DNA of 63,576 nucleotides, the filler included, from Phoronis australis (taxonomy: Eukaryota; Animalia; Phoronida): assembly GCA_002633005.1 (NCBI GenBank). It is 7 parts of 7 records of this genome, joined end to end, with 100 filler letters (N's around TTAATTAATTAA, not from the genome) between each part and the next. Parts side by side here need not be neighbours in the genome. Positions count along the whole stretch, not along the records: positions 1 to 6,772 come from NMRA01002116.1; positions 6,873 to 14,727 come from NMRA01001970.1; 5 more parts are not named here. One strand, given 5' to 3'. A program made the translations under genes and the position numbers. The notes below the pieces were generated by a model. The model worked only from the letters and a program-made list of their open reading frames with translations, did no database searches and was not told where the DNA came from. Shown here one piece after another: positions 1 to 12,045 of this stretch (positions are counted from its first letter, which is position 1; the number at the start of each line of letters is the position of its first letter).

Positions 1-106
1 TCATGGACACTGAGCAGAAGGAGAGGGTCCGGGCTAGCATGTCCCCCTCCCCAAGGCGGATCCGTCATGGCAGTGGAGACACCATTCAAGTCTATCAAAG
101 AAAAAG
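1..106 (+). CDS. EIF2AK4: eIF2-alpha kinase GCN2, internal exon (5' end outside window)
   Basis: Frame 3 reads MDTEQKERVRASMSPSPRRIRHGSGDTIQVYQRK; GT donor at 107; phase 2 joins in frame (AG+A) to exon 498. Confidence 0.7.
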
Positions 107-497
107 GTTTGTATCGCTTCTGAGGCTCTTTGGAAATTTCATTGTCATTTACATTTATGTGTCATTTGACATATGTTGCACTCGCACAAGCCGTCGCACA
201 CACTAGTTTGATTATTTTTATTGCATGAGTGCATCAGTGATGAGTCTGTTTTCTTTTCATTGGTGTGTGTTTGAGAACAAACAATTCATGTTCTGATATA
301 AAGCAAGTTAGTGTAGTATTTCATGTTTGTTCTCTGTCTGGGATATTGATCCCAGGTGGGATTTTTGTTTTGCTAAATTGTGTCGGTTGTTTTTTAAAAT
401 TTGTTTTTTACGTTAAGCTGTTTTTATGAATGAATGATCAACATGATCTAATATAAAACTGTTTGTGTATTTAACTTAGTCTCACTTGCTGTTGTAG

Positions 498-619
498 AAA
501 TACAAGCACACCGTCTTATGACTCTGATGAGGCTTTGATGTGCCAACATCACAAGGGTACCCGAAAACTGATGTTTGACACAAAGGGCAAACGAGAGATC
601 TTCAGGGGCAAATGTTTGG
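498..619 (+). CDS. EIF2AK4: GCN2 exon, start of pseudokinase domain
   Basis: TAG acceptor and GTAAGT donor; NTSTPSYDSDEALMCQHHKGTRKLMFDTKGKREIFRGKCLG matches the GCN2 GKCIG motif; phases fit both neighbours. Confidence 0.85.
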
Positions 620-744
620 GTAAGTTGGTTTTGGCAGTTCACACTTATTAAAATTTCATTTTTCCATTATGTAACAATTTTGGTTGAAGAAAATTTGTTG
701 CAGTACAGGTTATGAAAACTTGACAATTCACAATGAACAAGTAA

Positions 745-1600
745 AGGAGAATGCCACCCGATTTAACTTAGTCTCTTTTGCCATCTAAATCAGTCTATAT
801 CCACATCGCCTCGCATACGGTTGACCTTACCTTGCCAAGAGGTGCTGCGTTAACCTGTGAGGAAGGCGAGAAACGACGCTAGCGACGTCAGTGGTTCATA
901 TGCAGAGTGAATGCTGCTATGTTGCGGTGCATCGTTCCCGCTTGTCTGAACTAAGCAGCTGTGAGGAAAGCGGGTATATCGTTTTTTTACTGCCTCGAGA
1001 GTCCGAAATGCATAGGAAGTGGCTCATGGTAGTGAAGAATGAAATGTACGCTGTAAATAGCAAGTGTGAGGCCGTGAAACATCTCCGTGTCTGTGGCCTG
1101 CAGATGTCGACAGTGCTTGCTCAGTGACGAATGCTGGCTTACCAAATAACTCCATGTTCTGTTGTCTGAGCATGTTCACGGCGCCTCTCTAGTATTTCTT
1201 CATCACTGTATTCCTGTTCGAATTGATAGCCTGTAAAACTTAACGATCCACCTGCGAAGTCGTTACTGATGAACTCTAGCTCGTCCTAAGTCGGGATTGC
1301 GAGTTGCCATGTTGGCGTTCATTACTGAGTGTTCTGTTTCAAAATGAATTATTCTCACCCTAACCAAGTGAAACAAAGTCTGTCTCATTAGATGCAATTT
1401 GTAATACCTTTGGAGTGTTCGTGAGTGCAAATGACTTGAGAAGCCAGCAATGACTGCATTACCGGCTTTAGGTGCAGTAAAACTAATTGACGGGACACCC
1501 AGGCCGTGTGAGCTCATGCTAATTTAGTGTTTGCTGGCAGAAACTGTTGTGAAACAACTCGATTTCCATCCCACGGCTAGGTGTTAGGGGAATCTTTATT
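745..1600 (+). mobile_element. Non-autonomous Kolobok-like DNA transposon remnant (degenerate THAP on +, acidic YQFE(P)EYSDEE ORF start on -); right end approximate
   Basis: Starts AGGAGAATGCC; the same end follows TTAA at 6200. 919-1100 reads MLRCIVPAC..GISFFLLPRESEMHRKWL..HLRVCGL across a stop and frameshift. Minus strand 1310-1180 reads ..GYQFEQEYSDEEILERR. Confidence 0.6.
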
Positions 1601-1712
1601 TACATTTACATTACTCAAACAATGATTGTCAATGTTCAACTTCTGCCCTGACGGTGCTGTGGCCTGTTCAGTGGTAACATTTGAGTGGCAGGCTCATATT
1701 TTTATGTGACAG

Positions 1713-1876
1713 GTCACAGCCCCAGAGGCAGTACAGTCTACTCTGGCATGGATGTCAACACAGGTGAGCTGGTCACTATTAGTGAGTGGGAGGTTAAGTG
1801 GCGACAGATCAGCAGGAAACTGGACCTGGATGACCAGCGGTCATGTGAAGAGGAGGCTGCCAAGTATAGTAAACTG
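1713..1876 (+). CDS. EIF2AK4: GCN2 pseudokinase domain exon
   Basis: GHSPRGSTVYSGMDVNTGELVTISEWEVKWRQ...AAKYSKL resembles human GCN2 LVYNALETATGGFVLLYEWVLQWQ; CAG/GT boundaries. Confidence 0.88.
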
Positions 1877-2428
1877 GTACGTGTTGGTGGAATCCATAAT
1901 GTTAAGAGGACCTCTAAGATGGTGTTACAACATACTGAACTATATAATTACAAAAAACAATTGAGTCGAAAAGTCTGCCATAGTGATGGGGCTTTGAACT
2001 TGTCACGAATCAGTTTTAGATTTCTAGTATAACGGTGAATTGGTTGCCATCAAGAAATTTCCAAGCATTGAGACTGTCTCATTTACAAACTTCAGAATCT
2101 TTTGATTGTGAAATTTGTGTTAGTATTCTGAACTGGCGAAATAAAGGCAAAAAGGTATCTTTTAAACTTATGTTATTTCATTGTATCTTATTGAGATGAT
2201 AATGTCACTTTTCACCTATGATGGAAAAGTAAGCTCAATGCTAATTGTGGTGTGGTTTGTTGTTTGCTGAATTCATGTGATGTGCTTAAATGCTGAATGT
2301 GTTTTTGTTAATTATTTAGCAGATATGTGAGAATCACACGTTTCCCTGAGTCATTGTAGGTTCACCTTCTGTTGAACTTGTTGTCCTTGGAAGTAGTAGT
2401 TAACGTTTGTAAAATTCTTCATCAATAG

Positions 2429-2539
2429 GTTCATAGCATTGAACAAGAGCTCCTGTCATTGCTAAAGCTAAATCACAGAAATTTAGTCCACTACCTAGCT
2501 ATGCACTACTGTCAAGAGCTAGGACAGGTCACAGTGTAT
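2429..2539 (+). CDS. EIF2AK4: GCN2 pseudokinase domain exon
   Basis: VHSIEQELLSLLKLNHRNLVHYLAMHYCQELGQVTVY resembles GCN2 ETEFNSLVKLSHPNVVRYLAM; TAG/GTAAGT; 111 nt, phase 0-0. Confidence 0.9.
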
Positions 2540-3109
2540 GTAAGTATTAGTATAACTAGCCCGTTGTGATGTGTTAAAACATTCATTTGATTTGTCTTGT
2601 TTTGCCTGGTCTTTACTGTGATGCGCTTGTTTACACTTAAGGTTATGTATATTCGGTATCAGTGTCTGTGCATTTAGATTGTTAGTATTTAAAAGTTAAT
2701 GAATTAATTTAAAACCACATAAAAGTATGATACATGTAGATTTTAAGTTTTGAGCTTGATATTGAACTGTAGTCGTTGGGTCACTTTATAATGTCTTAGC
2801 AACAAAGAAGAGCACATTCAAAGCACTGCGTTGGTATCAGTTACATGGCCATTTTTCATTTAAGGAATAAGGCACCCATTTTTGGTTAAATTGTTATCTT
2901 TTGGCTATCCTAGATGAATTTTCAAGTTCATTAAGTTCTGCCGTCACACTAAAAGTGGGGTTCACAGCCGCAATCCTTTTCCACCAGCTTTGTTTGCACG
3001 CACTCCGGACTGTGTTTGACATCGGATGCGTTATTGTGTACGTTTAACTTGGTAGAAGTTAGACCATTTTTTGCCTTTTTTTTGATTTTTTAAAAATTTT
3101 CTTGGATGT

Positions 3110-3390
3110 CGATCCATACTGGGATGCATGTATCATGAGCTCTTGGCGAATATAGGAGTTCCGATTCGCTGATTTTCAGTGGATAACAAGGTCTGTCAGA
3201 GATGACTGTTTCAAGTCAAGAAAGTAGAGTTACCCGTTCACGCCATGGCTAAAGCAGACTGTGCAAAAAAAATCTTGTGTGCGCCAAACATTTCTTACTG
3301 TCTGATAATGAAAAAGACATGTACACAGAGATCATAATGGTACCTGCTAAACATGCTCTGAACAAAGATGCCATACCATCAGTATTTCCT
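3110..3390 (+). pseudogene. Degenerate THAP domain of a DNA-transposon remnant in a GCN2 intron
   Basis: QWITR...LVCAKHFL...LNKDAIPSVFP matches the THAP C-terminal VCxxHF and AVPT/SIF motifs; frame is disrupted. Confidence 0.55.
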
Positions 3391-4164
3391 GTCTCTGCTC
3401 TATCGCCACCTGCTAGGAGTGCTTTTTTGAAAAACATAATGTCATGAGCTGCAGCTACAGTCGTGACTCAAGGCTTTAAAGTTGAGTGTCACCTGTGCGT
3501 GTGGACAGTCACCATAGTGTCCTAGGCCGCAACCTGCACGGCTTCACCATCTACGTAATTTGTGTTTTTGTGGTGGCTGGCTCTTGTCATTTTTCTTCCA
3601 TTGCAGATCAAATGATGACCAAATCCCTCACTACTGAGTTTCGGTTCAATCTAAGATATTGCGATAATATTTGTCAAAAACAAATAATTGCAGAAAGTTT
3701 TGGAAACTAGGAGTGTACAATCAACAGATGTCCACAATTAATCATCTCACAAACAAAGCTGGCGGGAATGATTTGGGCCACAAACATCACTTCTGGAGTG
3801 ACGCTTGCATATGTAATTAGAACTTGGAGGAATTAATTTGTCTTGATTCAATACATGGAACTTATTAAAACAAATTCCCAACATTGTTATTGAGAAATTT
3901 GCGTGCAACCGTTTCTGAGATGTGGTGTTCCGAAGTTGGCCATTTTTCCATTGTTACACATGTCCTCAAGTTATTGACAAATTGTATGATTAACTCTGTC
4001 AAAATTCACATTTAAAATCCATATTTTTCCATCAATGTACATTTCAAAGATTTCACCATTGATTTTCCGATTCCCCACACAGGAAGTGCCTTTTGACCTA
4101 CTTGCTCGGTTTCTAGTTGAGAGACCACTTTAGCAGTTTAACACTGTTTTGTCCACTTCATCAG

Positions 4165-4234
4165 GTTCTAACCGAGTATGTTGGTGGTGGTAATTTGGAG
4201 ACATTCTTGAAACGGAAACAACCAGTTCCCATCA
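4165..4234 (+). CDS. EIF2AK4: GCN2 pseudokinase domain exon (truncated by N gap)
   Basis: CAG acceptor; VLTEYVGGGNLETFLKRKQPVPI resembles GCN2 ILVEHISGVSLAAHLSHSGPIPV. Confidence 0.85.
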
Positions 4235-5014
4235 NNNNNNNNNNNNNNNNNNNNNNNNNNNNNNNNNNNNNNNNNNNNNNNNNNNNNNNNNNNNNNNNNN
4301 NNNNNNNNNNNNNNNNNNNNNNNNNNNNNNNNNNNNNNNNNNNNNNNNNNNNNNNNNNNNNNNNNNNNNNNNNNNNNNNNNNNNNNNNNNNNNNNNNNNN
4401 NNNNNNNNNNNNNNNNNNNNNNNNNNNNNNNNNNNNNNNNNNNNNNNNNNNNNNNNNNNNNNNNNNNNNNNNNNNNNNNNNNNNNNNNNNNNNNNNNNNN
4501 NNNNNNNNNNNNNNNNNNNNNNNNNNNNNNNNNNNNNNNNNNNNNNNNNNNNNNNNNNNNNNNNNNNNNNNNNNNNNNNNNNNNNNNNNNNNNNNNNNNN
4601 NNNNNNNNNNNNNNNNNNNNNNNNNNNNNNNNNNNNNNNNNNNNNNNNNNNNNNNNNNNNNNNNNNNNNNNNNNNNNNNNNNNNNNNNNNNNNNNNNNNN
4701 NNNNNNNNNNNNNNNNNNNNNNNNNNNNNNNNNNNNNNNNNNNNNNNNNNNNNNNNNNNNNNNNNNNNNNNNNNNNNNNNNNNNNNNNNNNNNNNNNNNN
4801 NNNNNNNNNNNNNNNNNNNNNNNNNNNNNNNNNNNNNNNNNNNNNNNNNNNNNNNNNNNNNNNNNNNNNNNNNNNNNNNNNNNNNNNNNNNNNNNNNNNN
4901 NNNNNNNNNNNNNNNNNNNNNNNNNNNNNNNNNNNNNNNNNNNNNNNNNNNNNNNNNNNNNNNNNNNNNNNNNNNNNNNNNNNNNNNNNNNNNNNNNNNN
5001 NNNNNNNNNNNNNT

Positions 5015-5727
5015 TCCGGAGGCTGCAGCAACAGCAGCCAGGCGGAAAACGTCTCGGTGTTCCGAAGGACACCATATTCCGCAGAAGTGGCATGGCTTCG
5101 TGCGCCGAACGAGAGTGTAGGACGTCATCGTGGACCAAGCGATTCGGTCCGGGGCCACTCTGTGTTCTGCCCACTTTGAGGACTCGTGTTTCGACTCCAG
5201 TCACAGGAGACATTACCATGAAGGCCTGGTTCAATAAAGGACAATACTTATCATTCAGAAACACCAGCTCTTAATTCAGGATCGCCTGTTGGATGACTGG
5301 GTTGACTCGCCGAGCCCGAGGCCGCTTCTCTCGCGGGAGGATCCAGTTCATAAGGCTCAAAGTAGAAAAGTACGCAGCCGGAAGCACATTAAACTTGTTC
5401 TCGCTTTCGTGCAACCCCATTTCCTCATCCTGGCCATCATTCCCGTACGTTTCTTCATAGTATTCGTTCAATTCTTGCTCATAATCGTCGTCACTTTCAA
5501 ATTCCCTGCTCTCCGCCATTGTGCAATGCTAGTCACTGATATCTTGTGTTCAACCCATGACGTCACATGGCGGGAAATGTGAAAATTGGCAAAATTGAAA
5601 GAAAAATCAAAATTTCGAGCTAATTACACAAAATAAACATGGGTTTAGCTAAAATTTACGTCATACATTTAGTCTGTGGCCACCGGTAATTTAAAATGTG
5701 CAAAAATCCATGGTGTGTACTGTTTAA
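5015..5727 (+). mobile_element. Kolobok-like deletion derivative (THAP remnant +, acidic ORF start -), ending in TTAA
   Basis: Plus strand, across frameshifts: GCSNSSQAENVSVF..PKDTIFR..KWHGFVRRTR..LCSAHFEDSCFD. Minus ORF 5519-5271 starts MAESREFESDDDYEQE with a frameshifted FYFEPYE motif. TTAA at 5724-5727. Confidence 0.6.
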
Positions 5728-6227
5728 GTGCTATGATTCATTGCTGTGTGCTGTCATGACAGGAACACCCGGTGAAATCAAACTGTCAAGAAAATTAGGC
5801 ACACTGTATATTTAGTAACTGACTCAGCAGTTGCTTATGCAGAAGCAAGACACATAGCTGATTTTTTGTAAATTAATGTTTTACACAAAAATGTGAGGAA
5901 ACCACATTCAGTACACAAATCTATGTGTGTTTTCAGCCATCTTGTGTATTCCTGGACCACAGAGGTCGCGTCAGACTGTCAGACTATAGTTTGGATAAGA
6001 GGTACGACAATTTGAATGAACTCTGTCTAAAGTTCACATGGACATGGAAAAAGTTGGTGTAATATTTTATTACTTTAACTTTCATACACAGCTGCAGCGA
6101 CTTCATGCATGTACCAGTTGCAAGACTGCTGGCTGTCACAGTGCTTAAAACTACCATTTGCGTTGTTTTGACAAGTTACTGTATTGTCAGCATCATTAAA
6201 GGAGAATGCCTCCCGATTTAGTTAGTC

Positions 6228-6772
6228 TTTTTATGTGCCCACATATTTATATGTGGACGCATTGTGCCTTCATCTGTGTCCGTCCGTCCGTCTGTGTGGC
6301 GTCCGTCCATCCGGCATCCGCTGCTCTATCTCCAAAATGCCTTGACCTATGGTCATGAAATTTTGCACATGTGTTCGTTCCATGAATGGGAGGGCATGAG
6401 CGAACATTGGGACGGATCTGTCTACCGGTGTGCCCCCTAGTGGCAATTTTAGTTTCTTACGTTTACCTCTGTATCTTCAAAAGTCCTGAATGGATTTTCA
6501 TAAAATTTGGTATATAGGCACCTATTAGTGAGGTGACGCTATGCTCCTGTTTTCGGATGGATGTGACGTAGTTTGCGCCACCTAGTGGCTATTTTTACTG
6601 TTTTCGAGTCTGTTTTTTTGCTTCCGCCCCTCTATCAACCAAACTGCTCAAAGGATGATTGTGAATATTGGCATGTATGTTTTTACTTTGAAGTGGACGG
6701 CTGACGATGATTTTCTGACGACTTCGACTACTGTGGCGCCTCCTAGTGGCAGTTATTTTTCCGCGCCTATGG
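6228..6772 (+). mobile_element. HINE/DINE-1-like (non-autonomous Helentron) 5' portion, truncated by linker
   Basis: T-tract, then hairpin ATGTGCCCACATAT..ATATGTGGACGCAT, (GTCC)n microsatellite and ~150-bp central repeats; inserted into a T-tract of a Kolobok-like end (6200-6227). Confidence 0.75.
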
Positions 6773-6872
6773 NNNNNNNNNNNNNNNNNNNNNNNNNNNN
6801 NNNNNNNNNNNNNNNNTTAATTAATTAANNNNNNNNNNNNNNNNNNNNNNNNNNNNNNNNNNNNNNNNNNNN
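6773..6872. other. Artificial contig linker (44N-TTAATTAATTAA-44N)
   Basis: Identical 100-bp stuffer whose core gives stops in all six frames; repeated at 14728, 21747, 32005, 41356 and 52266. Confidence 0.95.
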
Positions 6873-7460
6873 AATATAAATACACTTATTAAATTTCGTA
6901 AAGATCCTGCGAACGGTTTAGGAGATACAGCCTTAGGCGCAAAAAAAACAACAACTACCACTAGGAGGCGCCACAGTAGTCCAAATCGTATGAAAAATCA
7001 TTGTCAGCTGTCTTCCTTATAGTAAGCACATACACGCCAATTTTCACAATCATCCTTTGAGCGGTTTGGTTGATAGAGGGTTGGACGCACAAAAAACAGA
7101 CTCGAAAACACTAAAAATGGCCACTAGGTGGCGCAAACTATGTCGAATCCATCTGAAAATGGGAGGATAGCGTCATCTCACTAATAGGTGCCTACATACC
7201 AAATTTCCGTTCAGGACTTTTGAAGATACAAAGGTAAGCGTAAAAAAATTAAAATTGCCACTAGGGGGCACACCGGTAGTCGGATCCGTCCAAAAGTCGT
7301 CATCTCCTGTTGTTATCATATAAATATACTTACACAATTTCGTAAAGATCCTACGAACGGTGTAGGAGATACAGCCATAGGCGCAAAAAAACAAAGCCCG
7401 GACGGACGGACAGAGATGACGGCATAATGCGTCCACATATAAATATGTGGGCGCATAAAA
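6873..7460 (-). mobile_element. HINE/DINE-1-like element, partial
   Basis: Same central repeats, (GGAC)n and terminal hairpin ATGCGTCCACATAT-AA-ATATGTGGGCGCAT-AAAA. Confidence 0.75.
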
Positions 7461-7461
7461 A

Positions 7462-7901
7462 TGGGGTACTAGGTGATCTTAATGGCAACGATGGGGTAAT
7501 ACTGATACTAAAGGTAACCACGGGGTAATAATAGCAACTCTAATGGTAACGATGGGGTGATAAAAGCAATCTTAAGGTAACAGATAGAAACGATGGGGGC
7601 AACAGCAACCCTAGAGGTAACAATGGGGGGTAATAATAGCAACCCTAAAGGTAACGATGGGCAATAATATTGATTCTGAGGGTAACAATGGGGTACTAAT
7701 AGTGATCCTAATGGTACTCATGAGGGAATAATGGTGATTTTAATGGCAACTGATTGGGAAATAATTGTGGCCCAAATGGAAACAATAGGGTAATATTGAT
7801 CCTAAAGGTAATGACAGGGTAATAACAGAAATCCTAATGGTAACGATGGAGGTAATAATATCGATCCTAAGGGTAACCATAGGGTAATAATAGCAATCCC
7901 A
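7462..7901. repeat. Minisatellite, ~32-bp unit (GCAATCCTAAAGGTAACGATGGGGTAATAATA-like)
   Basis: About 13 degenerate tandem copies visible. Confidence 0.8.
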
Positions 7902-8328
7902 ATCTTATTCCCAGTTCAATGGTCAATGACCCTACAAAACTATACAAAAATGATAATCGTACACAGTATGACAACAGTCTCTCTAGATGCAGTAACTACA
8001 AATTTCAACAGATCAAAACTTGGCCATCAATCTGTGTCTCTTCTTTACATTCAAATTGCAGTGATGCTGTATATTGGTTCCTCAATTTATCATACAATGT
8101 CCATTTTAATAATATGTTGCTTATCTTTCATGTCAATGTGCTTATATCTCGTCAGTAATCCTGTATGTCTGTCTCCATTAGTACGTTTTGGATAGCACAA
8201 CTGAATCTGCTCACCCACGTGAACATTTAACAGGATTAGATTTCAATAATTAAGTTGTTTTGGTACAAATTCAACATATGCAGTTTAACCAGAGATTACA
8301 AAAATATTACTTCCATTTTTTTCAGGCA

Positions 8329-8458
8329 ACAACTAACACTTAGTGCAGATAGTTATCACCAACTAACACTTAGTGCAGATAGTTATCGACAACTAACACT
8401 TAGTGCAGATAGTTATCAAAAGTAACACTTAATGCAGATAGTTATCAAAACTAACACT
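8329..8458. repeat. Minisatellite, ~30-bp unit AACTAACACTTAGTGCAGATAGTTATC..
   Basis: About four near-identical tandem copies. Confidence 0.85.
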
Positions 8459-9541
8459 TCGTACAGAATCTTCGAAAATGTTAGCACAAGCAGCATGAAA
8501 GATTTTCATCATTTTGAATTAACTGCCTATAAAATTTGCATAACTTTATAAGAGACCTTGAACAAATGAATAAAGTTAGAAGAGATGCAAAAAGGATTCA
8601 ATCTTACTTCACTGATTTCCTTCCCCACCTGAAGCAAAACTCCCAAGATACTTTCAACCATGATTGATGAAGTGTTATCAAGTAATTTGATAAGATAACT
8701 TTAATTTCTTTTATATCGTGTCAAACCCATCTCGATGTCAAATTCATAAATGTGAAATGACCCTCAAGTCACCAGATATGCTTTTAGAAAAAACTGTAAG
8801 TTAGCAAACTGTACTTTGTATACAATTGACTGCTCCAATAACACAGGGGTATAGTCAGTGAAATCAGCATTAGATGTTCTGCACTAACTTACACACATTG
8901 AACCCAAACCCGTCTGAAAATGTTAAACATATTTGCAACTGTCTATTGAACGTGTATTCTTGTAGATACCTACACTAATGATCATCAGTCTGGAAGTCAA
9001 ATCTTTCGGATTATATTTAAAGTTCTTGTGATCATCCATGTTTTAAATCGAATGAGCAACTCAAAATTTAAAGTAAAGCTTTGGTAAATTAGACTTGACT
9101 TGCTTACGAAGGGCTGTTTGTGGCCAGGGAAGACCACACTCAAATCTCACCCAATAGCGGATTTGCAGCGCAGACGAACTACGCATTGCGCATGTGCGAG
9201 TTACTTCCTTCGCGAAGGCTCATGGGATAGCTTGTGGTCAGGCATGTCTTGAGCAGGCTGGATAGTGTGTGCATTTGGAGTGATTTGCAAACTAAAAACC
9301 ATGTTTCATTTTTTGCTTTATAATACCAAGCAAGTCTTCTCTCTCGTTTGTAAACACAGCGTAGCTATGATCAGTGACCGTGTGACCGAGAGCACGACTG
9401 TCGCCGTGTTCAGTATTGGGGTTATCGGCGTTGATTTCGAAATCTCCTCCTATTTCACTATGAGACAAGTTGAGAGTTCTTGGGTTGCTTAACTTTTGTA
9501 GCTTTCGTCGTGGATATGCTAGAGACGTTAATTTTAAGTGA

Positions 9542-10527
9542 AAACTCCGTCGGAATGTTGTTCTCATAAGTCTTTTTTCCACCAGGAAAATGTTCGCTGC
9601 ACACACGATGGCCCCTAGGCAATTACATCGCACTGGATGCCGCAGGCATTCAGGGGCGATAGTACATCCTCACAAAAAGTTACTCATTTCAAAATACAGC
9701 AAATAAAATCAAATGAACCCGGCATACATATAGGAACACGGAGTTATATTTAACACATACCACGACTCAATTTAGTCAGCAAAACTTGAACGAATCGATG
9801 AAAATCTGTCGCGGTTTGTTCGAGTTTCTCTCAGTCACGGTTACCGGGTGCCATTTTGAGGAAGTTACGCGAAATTACGCATGTTGACGAATAAAAAGTC
9901 TAAGGGACACACATCTTACAAGTTTCACCCGATACCTTCTCATGCTATTTTACAAGTGTCGCGCGCTAGCGTCACGCGCTTCGCTCAGTCTAACCTTGCG
10001 CCTAACTCACGGGATTCAGTTGACATGCTTTCAAGTTGTAGTTATCGCGCACGCGGTGATAAAATTAACGGCATCCAAAAAAGTGGAGTTGTAATTCTTC
10101 GCCAAAGTCAACTTAATTCTCAGAACTAAGCTTCATTAAAGATATGTATAGAAGTAGAAAGGACCAATGATGAAAGTAAGCGTTTTTTAAATCTTTAAGT
10201 GTAGAGTGTATTTTTGACGAGGTGAAAACTCGAAATCGGTAACCCAAATCCGGTCACGGCCCGTTTAAAATACACTGGAGTAACGAAATGAGTACAGAAA
10301 GCGAATGGAAGTATTGTAGCCCCTACATGGCCAACCGAGGGGCTACGTGTTGCCTACTAGATGGCCCCGCGTTCGTTTGAATGCGCTAAATTTCCCCTTA
10401 CTCCCAGGTCTCCTAATGTTGTTTATCCATTTTTCACGAAGTTCTTGGTTTGCAGGGAACACATACAAACTCAGATTTTTATCTCTCTTGTTGTTTTTGA
10501 AGCAGCCAGGAACACAACAAGTGTATC
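9542..10527 (-). pseudogene. THAP domain of a transposon, split by a 744-bp insertion
   Basis: 10527-10360 reads YTCCVPGCFKNNKRDKNLSLYVFPANQELREKWINNIRRPGSKGKFSAFKRTRGH; it resumes at 9615-9542 as GHRVCSEHFPGGKKTYENNIPTEF, completing the C2CH THAP signature. Confidence 0.8.
9616..10359. mobile_element. Non-autonomous DNA transposon with 9-bp TSD (GATGGCCCC)
   Basis: GATGGCCCC at 9607-9615 and 10360-10368; termini TAG...CTA with imperfect inverted ends (TAGGCAA / TTGCCTA). Confidence 0.7.
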
Positions 10528-11274
10528 NNNNNNNNNNNNNNNNNNNNNNNNNNNNNNNNNNNNNNNNNNNNNNNNNNNNNNNNNNNNNNNNNNNNNNNNN
10601 NNNNNNNNNNNNNNNNNNNNNNNNNNNNNNNNNNNNNNNNNNNNNNNNNNNNNNNNNNNNNNNNNNNNNNNNNNNNNNNNNNNNNNNNNNNNNNNNNNNN
10701 NNNNNNNNNNNNNNNNNNNNNNNNNNNNNNNNNNNNNNNNNNNNNNNNNNNNNNNNNNNNNNNNNNNNNNNNNNNNNNNNNNNNNNNNNNNNNNNNNNNN
10801 NNNNNNNNNNNNNNNNNNNNNNNNNNNNNNNNNNNNNNNNNNNNNNNNNNNNNNNNNNNNNNNNNNNNNNNNNNNNNNNNNNNNNNNNNNNNNNNNNNNN
10901 NNNNNNNNNNNNNNNNNNNNNNNNNNNNNNNNNNNNNNNNNNNNNNNNNNNNNNNNNNNNNNNNNNNNNNNNNNNNNNNNNNNNNNNNNNNNNNNNNNNN
11001 NNNNNNNNNNNNNNNNNNNNNNNNNNNNNNNNNNNNNNNNNNNNNNNNNNNNNNNNNNNNNNNNNNNNNNNNNNNNNNNNNNNNNNNNNNNNNNNNNNNN
11101 NNNNNNNNNNNNNNNNNNNNNNNNNNNNNNNNNNNNNNNNNNNNNNNNNNNNNNNNNNNNNNNNNNNNNNNNNNNNNNNNNNNNNNNNNNNNNNNNNNNN
11201 NNNNNNNNNNNNNNNNNNNNNNNNNNNNNNNNNNNNGTCATACCAACATATGGACGCAGCAAGATGCCTGGTAC

Positions 11275-11456
11275 CTGAAATACTGCCAATCATTTTGGCT
11301 TTACATGCGATCTGTGTTCTCATCTTAGTAAGGTGGTCACGTGGCAGCCTGGGTTCAGCCAACACACCTCCTGGCCAAAACGATTCCTTGAACGCCTTTA
11401 CGTACTCTGCCACTTGCTCTGCTGATGTCATCCACTCAACATGATCTATGATTTTC
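11275..11456 (-). CDS. SNX13: Sorting nexin-13, nexin C-terminal domain exon
   Basis: KIIDHVEWMTSAEQVAEYVKAFKESFWPGGVLAEPRLPRDHLTKMRTQIACKAKMIGSIS resembles SNX13 KIVDHVDWMTSPEQVADSVKRFRDAFWPNGILAE; CAG/GT. Confidence 0.92.
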
Positions 11457-11714
11457 CTGCAGCAGAAAAAACATGCAACCATAGATTATTGGATATCTTT
11501 GATAAAACATGTAACCATAGACTGTAATAGAGTATTGAATATATTTGATAAAAACAAGCGATGAAGGTGAACATTCCTTAAACCAGATTTATCGCGTTGC
11601 ATCGTAAAAGGCAGTAGTGTCTCCTGTTGGTTGTAAGGCAACTGGTTTTTTATAAAGACTCGTGATGGTTGTGTGTTGAGGTTCTTGATGGTCGTGTGTA
11701 GAAATTGTGACTTT

Positions 11715-12045
11715 ACACACACCCAACAGGAGTCACTACACGCAACTGTCAAGAGCCTCTACACAAAACTCACAGGAGTCTCGAAACAACAGCAGCGTAA
11801 GTCTCTACTCATGACCGACGGGTTTCTACTCACAGCCTACAGGAGTCTCCACACACCACCGACAGGGGTTCCTATTCACAGCCCACAGGATTCTCTACAC
11901 ACAACCAACAGGAGTCTAAACACAACCAAAATGAGTCTCTTCTACATACAACAGTCTCCACACACCACCAACAGGAGTCTCTACATCCAACCAACAAGAG
12001 TTTTAGTCTTCACACACAACCAACAGGAGTCTCTACACAACAGCT
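11715..12045. repeat. Degenerate ~22-bp minisatellite (ACACAACCAACAGGAGTCTCT)
   Basis: Multiple tandem copies within an SNX13 intron. Confidence 0.65.

Noticed and set aside
4117-5274. Long ORFs spanning N gaps (also 10343-11482)
   Set aside because: Their length is an artefact of translating Ns; they join unrelated pieces (GCN2 exon with a transposon; SNX13 exon with THAP).
6228-7460. Large inverted HINE pair suggesting a foldback element
   Set aside because: The two halves lie on opposite sides of an artificial linker.
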